Source: a virus
Strand: one strand, 5' to 3'
IMG/VR virus record: IMGVR_UViG_3300043496_000175
Span: 43,207 to 107,206 of that record
DNA length: 64,000 nucleotides
Positions within the stretch are counted from its first letter, which is position 1, and every line of letters begins with the position of its first letter. Below the pieces are notes generated by a model. It saw only the letters and a program-made list of their open reading frames with translations, had not been told where the DNA came from and did no database searches. The position numbers and the translations under genes are program-made. Positions 39,160 through 47,098 of the stretch are shown one piece after another.

Positions 39160-39549
39160 CTATTGTAGAGTAACGGGCGGTAGAGTGTCCAGCCATGCCT
39201 TGCACTCACGGCACTGCCATCCAGCAGGAGCCAGGTATGCAGGCTGCCCGCAGTGGTCCGGCTGGTCTGCGCGGGGCTCGGGCTGGATTGCTGAGGGGAC
39301 GTGCATTTGCAGCCATCCCCCGAAGTCCAGGTCCACCTTCAGCCGGGAGTACTCCTGCATCGCGGCGGCGTACCGGGCATCCTTGTTACTGATAGCTGCC
39401 AGCTTGTTGAGCCGCTCGTAGGGATCAAACGAGTAGCGCTCGTGCATGTGTTTGCCGTCCTCATCCACCCACCCCCACTCCACCGGAGAGATCGGTACTT
39501 GGTGTAGGGCCTTGCCGCAGTACGGGGCTGCGCAGGTTGCGGTGCTCAC
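39160..39549 (-). CDS. hypothetical Zn-binding protein
   Basis: CxxxxC, HCG and CxxC motifs. Confidence 0.55.
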   Translation of the reverse strand: MSTATCAAPYCGKALHQVPISPVEWGWVDEDGKHMHERYSFDPYERLNKLAAISNKDARYAAAMQEYSRLKVDLDFGGWLQMHVPSAIQPEPRADQPDHCGQPAYLAPAGWQCRECKAWLDTLPPVTLQ

Positions 39550-39854
39550 AGCTCGTGCCTGATGCCGCGCTCGATCTCATCATGAGAGATCGAGAGATGG
39601 TGGCCACCAACCGGGTAGGTGTCGTTGCCCTTGACCACCGCGCAGGCCCAGGAATTACCGCTGGTGTGCTCGAACGGCACCACCCAAAGGCCGGTGAGCG
39701 GCAGCTCAACTATGAACCCGAGTGGGTAGTGCTTGATCTGTACCGGCAGCTTGGCCAGCATGCCATAGGTACTGGTGGGTGGACAGCTCTCCAGGAACGC
39801 CTGACGCTCCGCACGCTTGTTCTCGGCGTACTGCCGGATGGAATCAAAGGACAT
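39546..39854 (-). CDS. hypothetical protein
   Basis: MSFDSIRQ...; TGATG coupling to upstream gene. Confidence 0.55.
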   Translation of the reverse strand: MSFDSIRQYAENKRAERQAFLESCPPTSTYGMLAKLPVQIKHYPLGFIVELPLTGLWVVPFEHTSGNSWACAVVKGNDTYPVGGHHLSISHDEIERGIRHEL

Positions 39855-40126
39855 CAGAGCACCACCTTGAAGCAAGACTCCACTGTCTCGAACACGCATA
39901 GCAGAGATGGACCACCCTCTTCGTAGGCATGGGTGGTGCGAAGGTGTTTCCCTTTGGGATCGAACTTCTCGATGGTGAAGCCGTCTAGGTAGAAGCCTGC
40001 CGGAACTCGTCTCACGGTTCCGCTGTACTGGAAGCGGAATAAGTTGAGGTCGTCGGGCTGTAGTGCCTGGATAACGATGAAGTCGCCGTCCTTGATCCGG
40101 CTCATCGCGATTCTCTTGAGGTACAT
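39854..40126 (-). CDS. hypothetical protein
   Basis: First gene behind the promoter at 40133-40186. Confidence 0.6.
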   Translation of the reverse strand: MYLKRIAMSRIKDGDFIVIQALQPDDLNLFRFQYSGTVRRVPAGFYLDGFTIEKFDPKGKHLRTTHAYEEGGPSLLCVFETVESCFKVVL

Positions 40127-40132
40127 GATTCT

Positions 40133-40186
40133 CCCTGCTCGGGGTTGGTGTCTGCCTAGAGTAACGGTAGAGTGTCAGTATGTCAA
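40133..40186 (-). promoter_or_regulatory. sigma70-type promoter plus leader motif variant
   Basis: TTGACA-17-TACTCT ... CCGAGCAGGGAG. Confidence 0.7.
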
Positions 40187-40383
40187 CGTGGGCAGTAGAC
40201 GTCTGGATCGGGGTGGACGGTCCCATTGATGAGGAAGGCCGGATCGCGCGGGACGCTGCGTGGGCCGGTGGACACATGGTGCACCGCTTCATCGTGGAAG
40301 CGGAGTGGCACTTGGATGCTGAGCTGGCGGCCTGCCAGATGGCAGCTTCGCACGGCGGATGGACGCCGGTACGTAGCCGCGTG

Positions 40384-43068
40384 CTAGGGCAGGTTGAGCC
40401 GGTTCACGACCTTGGCCATGACGCTGTTGGGGATGGCGAACTCAATCCCGATACGGCGGGGCTCCTCGCCCGCCTTGATGCGGTCGTAGATCTCTTCGAG
40501 CTGGCCGAGCGTCAGGTCATAGTGCCCCGGCCCTGACCGGATCACCCCAATCAGGAACTGCCGGGGGTCGTCCCGCAGGAACGAGGTATCCACCGGGGTC
40601 TCCGGGTCCACCGGATCCGGAGGCTCCTCCAGCCACGGCACCAACACGATCGTCAAGATCGTGCGGGACAAGGACAACGCAGACCCTGCCAACGTCATGG
40701 GCTGGCCGAGAGCTGTCTGGGACGTGGTGGAAACAGAGCGGGCAGTGCCGGACAAGGACTTGCTAGAAGACAGACCTAGAGCCCCGGTGGTGGTGCTCGT
40801 GCTCTGCGCTGCACCGGACAGAGTCTTGGCGGTGCTGGTGGTTTGGCTGGCGATATGCACCAGGGCCTGGGTCTTGGAAGACCCATCGTCAAAGGAACTG
40901 AGAGCTAGTGTCTTGGTCCAGGCATCATCGGGGTTGACCTGGGAGTAGGCCCCGAGAATGACTGCCTTCCAGCCATCCTCGGGCTGCGTCCACACCCGCA
41001 CCTGCGCCCCGGAGCCGCCGGAGCCGTTCAGGGTGATGGTCTCCCCGTTGGTGTAGCCGGTGCCGTGCTGGTCGAAGATGATGTACACGCCGATGATCTG
41101 CCCGGCGGTGATGTTGACGTTGAAACCCAGGCCGCTGCCGGTACCGCCGGAAGCGACCAGGCCGTTGGTGTACCCCTGCCCAGTGGGGGAGAACTGCGCA
41201 GCGGTGTACCCGCTGCCGCCGTTGAGCAGCTCCGCCCGCCACACACTGGTGCGGGTCCACAGAGCGCTGAGCTTGGACGCCCACACCTCAGCGATCCAGT
41301 CATCAGGGATCAGCAGCTCAGTGGCGGGAATGGTCGGCAACATCTGGATGCCGAAAATGTACTCAGCCTGCGCACCGAACCAGGTGGCGTAGTCCACCTT
41401 GTTGGACCAGAGGATCCCCACCACCCCGTGGTCGTTGAATGGCTCCGGGTAGATGGTGTCGGACTGCTTGATCTGCCAGTACCGCTTGGCGGTGGCGGCC
41501 TCTTGCGCCAACAGCAGGCGGCCTAGCTCAGTGAGTTGCGTTTGGCTGGACGCCACGCCCCACAGGTGCAGCCCGTACCAGGCATTCACCGCCTCGCTGG
41601 TGGACTCCTGATTCCGGTTGTCCCCGAACTCGAAGGTCCCCGCCGCCCAGGAGTGCCCCTCGTACCAATCGAAGCAGCGCATCGGGGTGAACCAGGTGTC
41701 CGTGGCGCTGGGGTTCGCGATGTCACGGACCAGGTCGTTGATCGTGGTCTGGTAGGTGGTCAGCCACGCCCCGTCGAACTTGGCGATTACCGCTGCAGCG
41801 TAGATGACGTAGCCGTAGTGGAAGTTGTGGTCGTTGTATCGGCCGTTGCCGAAGTCGGAGTCCTGGTTGGTGAGCCCGGCGGCGGAGACGATGCCCTTCC
41901 ACATGGTGTCGTACCGCAAGCTGGTAGACAGGTTCCCGGCCAGGTACTGGTTGATGACAGCTTTCAGGTTGTTCAGCAGCGTGTTCCGGGCGGTGGTGTC
42001 TCCCACCTGGTCCGCGATCAGCGCCAGCCGCGCAGCCTTGGCAAGCTGCTTCCCGCCGAAGTAGGTGTCGGAAACCTGTGGCACGAACGTCTTGTCGCTG
42101 GCCAATGCAGTGGTAACGGCCGAAAGTCGTGATGCGTCAATAGGATTGGCGTTGTTCCAGCTAGTAGTGGGTAGCGGAATCGCCAGGGACCAGGAGTACC
42201 CCAGCACCGCACGGGCGGACCCACGCAGAGTGGAGAGGGTGAACCCTGTGGGGTAGCTAGGACTGGAAAGCCAGTCCTGGTGGTGCGGCAGCGCGTAGGT
42301 GAGCAGCGTCCCGGTGCCGGTGCTCGACCAGGTGTAGACCTCGGTCGCGGTGTTGCTGGCGATCGTGTAGTCCACCGTGCCGCCGGTATGAATCCGCGTG
42401 GCGGATGAGTCCAGCGTTGCCTCGGTAGCACCTGTGGGAAGCAGCGCCATCCGGAAGGTGCCAGTGAAGGCTGCGCCTGCCGTCAAAGTGTTAGCTGTAG
42501 ACAAGGTGAGGGTTACGCTCGCGGACGTGTAAAGAATCCAGGTTTGTCCGTTGTTGAGGGTGACCTTGAACTTGGTGCCGGTGAAGGTACCGGTGGACCC
42601 TACGGCGGTTCCGTTCATGGTCAGGATGGCGTTCTGCGTGTTCACCACCGGGGTCACGCCGGAGTAGTTCATGGTCACGTAGGCCGCGCCCCGGACAATC
42701 GTTGCGGCCATGGACCCGCCGGGCAAGGTCCAGGTGAGGGTGGCTCCCAGGTCGGTGAACGCCGTCAGCTTCTGCGCCGTGCTGGTGGCGGTGGCACGCA
42801 GCGAGAAGTTCTGCAGCATGGTCGCCAGGACCGCGTTGGGAAAGCTGGTGTTGGCCTGGGGGACGCAGAAGTCAAGCCCTTGGGTGGTCACCTTCACCAT
42901 GTACGGGAAGATGTTGATCGGCTGCTGGCCGGTGCCGAGCAGGAAGTTCTCGAACCAGGCGTTGGTGGGGATCGGCCCGGTCAGGGTGGTGCGCGCACTA
43001 TCTACGGGGTAGTAGCTAACCCCGGCGGGGAAGACCGGTGCTGATGTTGAGATCGCAGTCCTGGTCAT
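40384..43068 (-). CDS. glycoside hydrolase family 81 (endo-1,3-beta-glucanase) with virion-type repeats
   Basis: PTN.W, D.YF.GK.L.K.A, DFGN..YNDH.FHYGY, R.FDWY.GHSWA.G, NQESTSEA, TWFG, GIQ.LP. Confidence 0.92.
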   Translation of the reverse strand: MTRTAISTSAPVFPAGVSYYPVDSARTTLTGPIPTNAWFENFLLGTGQQPINIFPYMVKVTTQGLDFCVPQANTSFPNAVLATMLQNFSLRATATSTAQKLTAFTDLGATLTWTLPGGSMAATIVRGAAYVTMNYSGVTPVVNTQNAILTMNGTAVGSTGTFTGTKFKVTLNNGQTWILYTSASVTLTLSTANTLTAGAAFTGTFRMALLPTGATEATLDSSATRIHTGGTVDYTIASNTATEVYTWSSTGTGTLLTYALPHHQDWLSSPSYPTGFTLSTLRGSARAVLGYSWSLAIPLPTTSWNNANPIDASRLSAVTTALASDKTFVPQVSDTYFGGKQLAKAARLALIADQVGDTTARNTLLNNLKAVINQYLAGNLSTSLRYDTMWKGIVSAAGLTNQDSDFGNGRYNDHNFHYGYVIYAAAVIAKFDGAWLTTYQTTINDLVRDIANPSATDTWFTPMRCFDWYEGHSWAAGTFEFGDNRNQESTSEAVNAWYGLHLWGVASSQTQLTELGRLLLAQEAATAKRYWQIKQSDTIYPEPFNDHGVVGILWSNKVDYATWFGAQAEYIFGIQMLPTIPATELLIPDDWIAEVWASKLSALWTRTSVWRAELLNGGSGYTAAQFSPTGQGYTNGLVASGGTGSGLGFNVNITAGQIIGVYIIFDQHGTGYTNGETITLNGSGGSGAQVRVWTQPEDGWKAVILGAYSQVNPDDAWTKTLALSSFDDGSSKTQALVHIASQTTSTAKTLSGAAQSTSTTTGALGLSSSKSLSGTARSVSTTSQTALGQPMTLAGSALSLSRTILTIVLVPWLEEPPDPVDPETPVDTSFLRDDPRQFLIGVIRSGPGHYDLTLGQLEEIYDRIKAGEEPRRIGIEFAIPNSVMAKVVNRLNLP

Positions 43069-43073
43069 GGATG

Positions 43074-43487
43074 TCAGTCGATCGAGACCGTGATACTACC
43101 GATCGCTGCCGTTAGTGTGTCAGACGCTGCCGGGGTCCGTGGGGTCACCATGTCCCCGAACGCCACGCACTCCCCGGTGGTGCCGGACGCGGTGGACACC
43201 AGCGCCCAGTAGGTCACCGCCGTGGTTCCGTTGGCTCCGGTGAGCGGCCCGTAGGACAGTCCGGCGGTGTTGGCGATGACGCGAGGGGTCCCCGAAGGGG
43301 TCCCCATAGCGCAGAGCTGCCGGGAGTAGCCAGTGGCGGCGTACTCGGTCATGGTGGCCGGGGTGGTTGTCACGCTCGCCGGAGCGGTGAGCAGCGCCAG
43401 GTAGAGGTTGCGTGCGGTGATATTGGTGCGCCCGCTCATGCCGTCCAGGGCGATGCCTGCGCCGACGACAGTCAGTTTTCCAGCCAT
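43074..43487 (-). CDS. small virion structural protein (adaptor-like, related to 26834-27175)
   Basis: LYLALLTA...E...GYSRQ...N...VTY.AL...SG motif; GGAGG SD. Confidence 0.65.
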   Translation of the reverse strand: MAGKLTVVGAGIALDGMSGRTNITARNLYLALLTAPASVTTTPATMTEYAATGYSRQLCAMGTPSGTPRVIANTAGLSYGPLTGANGTTAVTYWALVSTASGTTGECVAFGDMVTPRTPAASDTLTAAIGSITVSID

Positions 43488-43609
43488 GGCTCAGACCCTC
43501 CAACAAGTTGTTAGCTGTGAGGGTATCGCAGTGGGGCAACTAGACAACGTGGCTCGTCACGTCAACCGATAGAGCACCCTGCCCAAGGGTGCGCCTAGCC
43601 GCCAGGCAG

Positions 43610-43682
43610 TCTCGGTGGCAGGACTCGAACCTGCAATCTTCCGCTCCCAAAGCGGATGGGATCCCAATTTCCCTACACCGGG
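43610..43682 (-). tRNA. trnP: tRNA-Pro(UGG)
   Basis: CCCGGTG TA GGGA-AATTGGGA-TCCC A TCCGC-TTTGGGA-GCGGA AGATT GCAGG-TTCGAGT-CCTGC CACCGAG A; C2-A71 mismatch; no encoded CCA. Confidence 0.9.
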
Positions 43683-43728
43683 TTGTGCGGTCCAGGCAGA
43701 GGGGGATCCGCCGGACCGCAGGTTGATG

Positions 43729-43938
43729 CTACTGCAATTCTTTCTTGGTGGCGATGGAACTGAGGAGCGAGACGAACGCCGATAGGGCTGAGATGCTTAG
43801 AGCCTGCAGCCAGTTGACGTCGGTGATACTCGTGACGTTGGTACCGAACAGGGCCACCAGGGAGGCCGCAGCCGTCTTGATGGCCCTGTCACAGGCTTCG
43901 ACCCAGAACTCTGGGTCGGAGTATCTCGATCTCTTCAC
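43729..43938 (-). CDS. holin (r1t-like)
   Basis: FW..A.DRAIKT.A..L.A...DVNW..AL....L...S.L.SIA; 2 TM. Confidence 0.8.
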   Translation of the reverse strand: MKRSRYSDPEFWVEACDRAIKTAAASLVALFGTNVTSITDVNWLQALSISALSAFVSLLSSIATKKELQ

Positions 43939-44150
43939 ACCTCCATTCTGATCTGATAAATGCGCGCTCTGGTCATTCCAGTGCGCTCAGCGATGTCGGC
44001 TACTGCGGCCCCCGCCTGCAGTGCTGCCTTGATCGCCTGGGCTTGCACGCTCCGAGCAGCCTCCGCATCCGCGTCCGACCGACGCCGAGCTTGGGTTGCA
44101 AGCTCGACGTCGATCAGGGCAGCGCGGGGACTGATGATCATGTCCGCCAC
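43935..44150 (-). CDS. small HTH DNA-binding protein
   Basis: AI..A..AG....IA..TG.TRARIYQI. Confidence 0.7.
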   Translation of the reverse strand: MADMIISPRAALIDVELATQARRRSDADAEAARSVQAQAIKAALQAGAAVADIAERTGMTRARIYQIRMEV

Positions 44151-44830
44151 CTCTCATGATCCTGAGTTCGATAGCGTTGGATGATCTCGTCTGCAAACTT
44201 CAGAAGATCTTCGACCCGTTGACCTGGTAAGTGCTGTTTGGCCCAGAGTTCTAAGTTTTCTGGACGATTATCAAGACGAATACCGTTTCGGTGGTGCACC
44301 GTTTCTTGAGGTAAAAGTTCTCTACCGATTATTTGTTCCATCACTAATCGATGCTCTTGCTTATACTTCCCAGGTCCGAGATAGATCATTCGGTATCCCT
44401 GGCTAGTAATTACTTCTTTCTGTGCTGTAGATCTTCCGTTGTCAAGGTTTGCTTCTCCACCTCGACGCCAACGTTGGTAGTGCATTGTGCACCACCCGCG
44501 CCTGCCAGCGCCTATGATTCGATCACATGTTTCATGCTTACAGATGGTACCCTCTGGTACTGAAACCCATGCACGAGCGCCAGCTTCTGGGTCTCCGTGC
44601 TTGCGCCAACGTAACCAATGTGTTGAACACCAAGTTCGACTTACTGCTCGTTTAGGGCAATCTTTGATTGAACATATCTTTTGCTGTGGACGCTGGCCAC
44701 GGAATCGACCTTTGAGCGGATCGCCATATTTCTGCCAGTGCACGTAATGGATTCGACAATACCCTTTCGCCTTGCTCAGTAGATCACATGACTCTACTGA
44801 GCAAGGCGGCAAAGGCGGTAGTCCAGGCAT
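44138..44830 (-). CDS. HNH homing endonuclease
   Basis: Three CxxxxC..C..HY/W repeats; EHRLVME..GR.L...ETVHHRNG.R.DN..ENLELW; visibly AT-richer than flanks. Confidence 0.9.
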   Translation of the reverse strand: MPGLPPLPPCSVESCDLLSKAKGYCRIHYVHWQKYGDPLKGRFRGQRPQQKICSIKDCPKRAVSRTWCSTHWLRWRKHGDPEAGARAWVSVPEGTICKHETCDRIIGAGRRGWCTMHYQRWRRGGEANLDNGRSTAQKEVITSQGYRMIYLGPGKYKQEHRLVMEQIIGRELLPQETVHHRNGIRLDNRPENLELWAKQHLPGQRVEDLLKFADEIIQRYRTQDHERWRT

Positions 44831-46476
44831 CAGTGAACCTGAAGATCCTTTCGTTCCCAGGGCCAGTTCTGAGAAAGCCCACGTTCGATGGACTCAATCA
44901 AACGGAACGATACATCGCTCAGGCCGCCGAACGTGTGCCGCTTACGGTTCCCCGAGCGTCCCTGGGCTGCGCGGTAACCCGCGAAGTTCCAGACGTACAC
45001 CGGAGCCTTGGTGGCCGCCAGAGCATCGTCCACCGCTGCCCAGGTAGGCAGACCCTGGTTGGTAGCCCAGGCCGGGGCGTACTGCTCATCAGTCAGCAGC
45101 ACGATCCGGTCCTGCCCGGTGTAGGTGTTCTGAATCGCCTGGATGGTGTTGGTGCCGCCCAGACCCGGGAACATCTGACCGATATAGCCCGCCCGGGAAC
45201 CGTCCACCTGAACATCAGCCATGCCCTTGGCCAGCTTGAGCAACGAACCCCGAACCTGGAACGGCTTGGTCTCCCAGCCAAAGCCGTACAGGTCCACCTG
45301 CTCCGAGCGCCGAGCCAGCGCCGCCCCGAAGATGCAGGCCGCGTCCGCCCACCGCAGATTCGACATCTCGGTGAGGGTGTGGTCATACATTGAGCCGGAC
45401 AAATCCGTCAGGATCAGCGTCCGACCGCCGAGCACGGGCACATTGCTCAGCGACAGGTCCAGCGCGGTCTCCAGGATCGGACCCCACGCCGTCACGGTGT
45501 CGGACTCATCCACTGCCCGGTAGGCGTTGAGGAAGCTCATCGGGAACATCCGGGACTTGGCGATCTCGTCCGGATCCGTCAGCTTGTCCTCGATCAACCG
45601 GACCGAGGTCCGGCTGATCTTGGACTGGTCGAAGTTCCGGAGGTTCCGGACCAGGGCAAAGATCCCCATGGACGGGATGATCTTGTCCCAGGACGGACCG
45701 TCCATCGCGGACTGCTTCCAGCCCGCGAACGACTCCCAGGTCATGCCTGCCTCCTGGAGCTGACCGGCGGTGACTTCGCTGCGCGCTGCCACCGGCATCT
45801 CCATGAGCGCCTTGCGGGCACGCACCATGCCGAGGATCTCGGGAGTCTCGTTCGTCCCGTACCGGTTGTCCAGGGAGAACTTGAACAGTGCGTTCTGCCA
45901 CTGCTTCTCGGACTTGGGGTGACAGATCTGCAGGACGTCCGCGAACCGGAAGGCCTTGGAGTCGGTGTCCCACTTGAGGTAGGAACGCTCGTTCCACATC
46001 CGGTCCAACGCATCAGCGATGCCACGCTTGACCGGCTTGGGGACGTTCCGGCCGTAGGTGGCGAACCAGTACGCCAGCATCTCGCCCGGCTCATCCGCCC
46101 GCTGCAGGGCAGCGGAGATGATCTGCCGGTTGCCCTGAATGCCTCGGGACAGACGCTCGTGCACGGCGTCAGCCGCAGCCACGATGGACGCCGAGCGGAT
46201 GTTGGCCTCGCCGCGCAGGTAGCCGATGAAGCCGGTGATCCAGTCGGTGTCCGGAGACAGTTCCCGCACGAGGTGCGTGAAGCGCTCATCCCGGGCCCGG
46301 CCGTCCTCGTGGAACGCGCCCTTGGGCTCGCTCATGTTGGAGACGGCCAGGAGGAACAGCTCTGAGCGCTGATCACGGGAGACGCCACGGGCACCGAGTG
46401 CGGTGCGGGCGGGGGCCTCGATCGTTGCGATCGGAGACCGGACGCCGAGGTGAGGGGCGGAGTTGAAGCGAGCCAC
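44830..46476 (-). CDS. rsr: Ro60/TROVE-domain RNA-binding protein with C-terminal vWA domain
   Basis: ELFLLAV, RADEPGE.LAY, PKPVKRG.AD, D...HPK, TWE, M...AL.RNLRN, DLSGSM MIDAS, GGTN, TDEQ, GGLSD; GTG 46476 with GAAAGG SD. Confidence 0.95.
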   Translation of the reverse strand: MARFNSAPHLGVRSPIATIEAPARTALGARGVSRDQRSELFLLAVSNMSEPKGAFHEDGRARDERFTHLVRELSPDTDWITGFIGYLRGEANIRSASIVAAADAVHERLSRGIQGNRQIISAALQRADEPGEMLAYWFATYGRNVPKPVKRGIADALDRMWNERSYLKWDTDSKAFRFADVLQICHPKSEKQWQNALFKFSLDNRYGTNETPEILGMVRARKALMEMPVAARSEVTAGQLQEAGMTWESFAGWKQSAMDGPSWDKIIPSMGIFALVRNLRNFDQSKISRTSVRLIEDKLTDPDEIAKSRMFPMSFLNAYRAVDESDTVTAWGPILETALDLSLSNVPVLGGRTLILTDLSGSMYDHTLTEMSNLRWADAACIFGAALARRSEQVDLYGFGWETKPFQVRGSLLKLAKGMADVQVDGSRAGYIGQMFPGLGGTNTIQAIQNTYTGQDRIVLLTDEQYAPAWATNQGLPTWAAVDDALAATKAPVYVWNFAGYRAAQGRSGNRKRHTFGGLSDVSFRLIESIERGLSQNWPWERKDLQVH

Positions 46477-46500
46477 CAGAGTAGCCTTTCTGCTCGTAGA

Positions 46501-46604
46501 GTGATGGTGAGAAATGATCGATTTCAGGAAGACCCCTACCCGGTCTAAGCCGGAGGATCCGCGTAACAAGCGGAAGTACCTGACACCCTTCGCACCACCA
46601 TCAC
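46501..46604 (-). ncRNA. Y-RNA-like element, unit 1 (nearest rsr)
   Basis: GTGATGGTG/CACCATCAC closing stem; GTGCGAAG; TCAGG/CCTGA; TACTTC; TTTCT. Confidence 0.75.
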
Positions 46605-46617
46605 CAGTCGAGTAGAA

Positions 46618-46747
46618 GAGAGTGAGAAAAAGACGGTTCTGGTTATTGACTGCTCTGCCGTTGAGCTACCGCACCGAAGTGCGACTCGGAATCGAACCGA
46701 GAACCTATCTCTTACAAGGAAGTAACCAGTACCTGCGCACCACTCTC
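46618..46747 (-). ncRNA. yrlA: YrlA-type Y RNA with circularly permuted tRNA-like domain, unit 2
   Basis: GAGAGTG/CACTCTC stem; T arm CTCGG-TTCGATT-CCGAG; acceptor stem closed by TTCG; D arm TA-GCTC-AACGGCA-GAGC; beside Ro60 gene. Confidence 0.88.
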
Positions 46748-46763
46748 GAAGACTGAAAGGTGA

Positions 46764-46863
46764 GGCAGCGAGAAAGATCGGACACGGTTCCTGAGCGTCG
46801 AAGCCCAGCCAGAGCAAGGCTCTGGTTTCTGCCTGAAGTAACCGTTTCCTGCGCACCGCTACC
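46764..46863 (-). ncRNA. Y-RNA-like element, unit 3
   Basis: GGTAGCG/CGCTGCC; GTGCGCAG; ACGGTT/AACCGT; TACTTC; TTTCT. Confidence 0.75.
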
Positions 46864-46879
46864 GTGCTATTTAGTTAGG

Positions 46880-46997
46880 AGCCAGCGAGAAATGATGAAG
46901 TTCAGACGGTACTATCTTGCGGACTTTCCTTGTGTCCACCAATCAACGGGGCGAGGCCCCTGGCAGGAAGTATCTGATCCTCTTCGCACCGCTGGCT
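46880..46997 (-). ncRNA. Y-RNA-like element, unit 4
   Basis: AGCCAGCG/CGCTGGCT; GTGCGAAG; TCAGA/TCTGA; TACTTC; TTTCT. Confidence 0.75.
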
Positions 46998-47014
46998 TAC
47001 TTGTTCAGTTGTTG

Positions 47015-47088
47015 AGGCAGTGAGAAAAATCGACGTCCCGGCGTAGTTTCACCAGAAGAAGTAGCCGGAGGTCTTCGCACCACTGCCT
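47015..47088 (-). ncRNA. Y-RNA-like element, unit 5 (minimal, first transcribed)
   Basis: AGGCAGTG/CACTGCCT; GTGCGAAG; CCGGC/GCCGG; TACTTC; TTTCT. Confidence 0.75.
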
Positions 47089-47098
47089 TGCTGAGATG

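Noticed and set aside
40180-40536. Plus-strand ORF facing the GH81 gene
   Set aside because: It overlaps the GH81 3' end by 153 bp and starts inside a minus-strand promoter; possible but not supported enough to list.
43560-43609. HDV-like (theta) ribozyme after the tRNA
   Set aside because: Only simple consecutive hairpins; the nested double pseudoknot could not be built.
46477-46569. 31-aa N-terminal extension of the TROVE ORF from the ORF track
   Set aside because: It overlaps Y-like unit 1; GTG 46476 has an SD and gives the expected MARFN start.
46640-46720. Ordinary tRNA gene
   Set aside because: Arms are in permuted order (T before D) and the acceptor stem is closed by a UUCG loop, so it fits YrlA.
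46810-46822. Unit 3 CCTTGCTC as a guide against the CCGAGCAAAGGA leader motif
   Set aside because: Only a short match, and it is buried in a 7-bp hairpin stem.
46501-47088. CRISPR array or degenerate repeat-spacer array
   Set aside because: Units conserve pairing and short motifs, not identical direct repeats; lengths vary from 74 to 130 nt; no cas operon is present.
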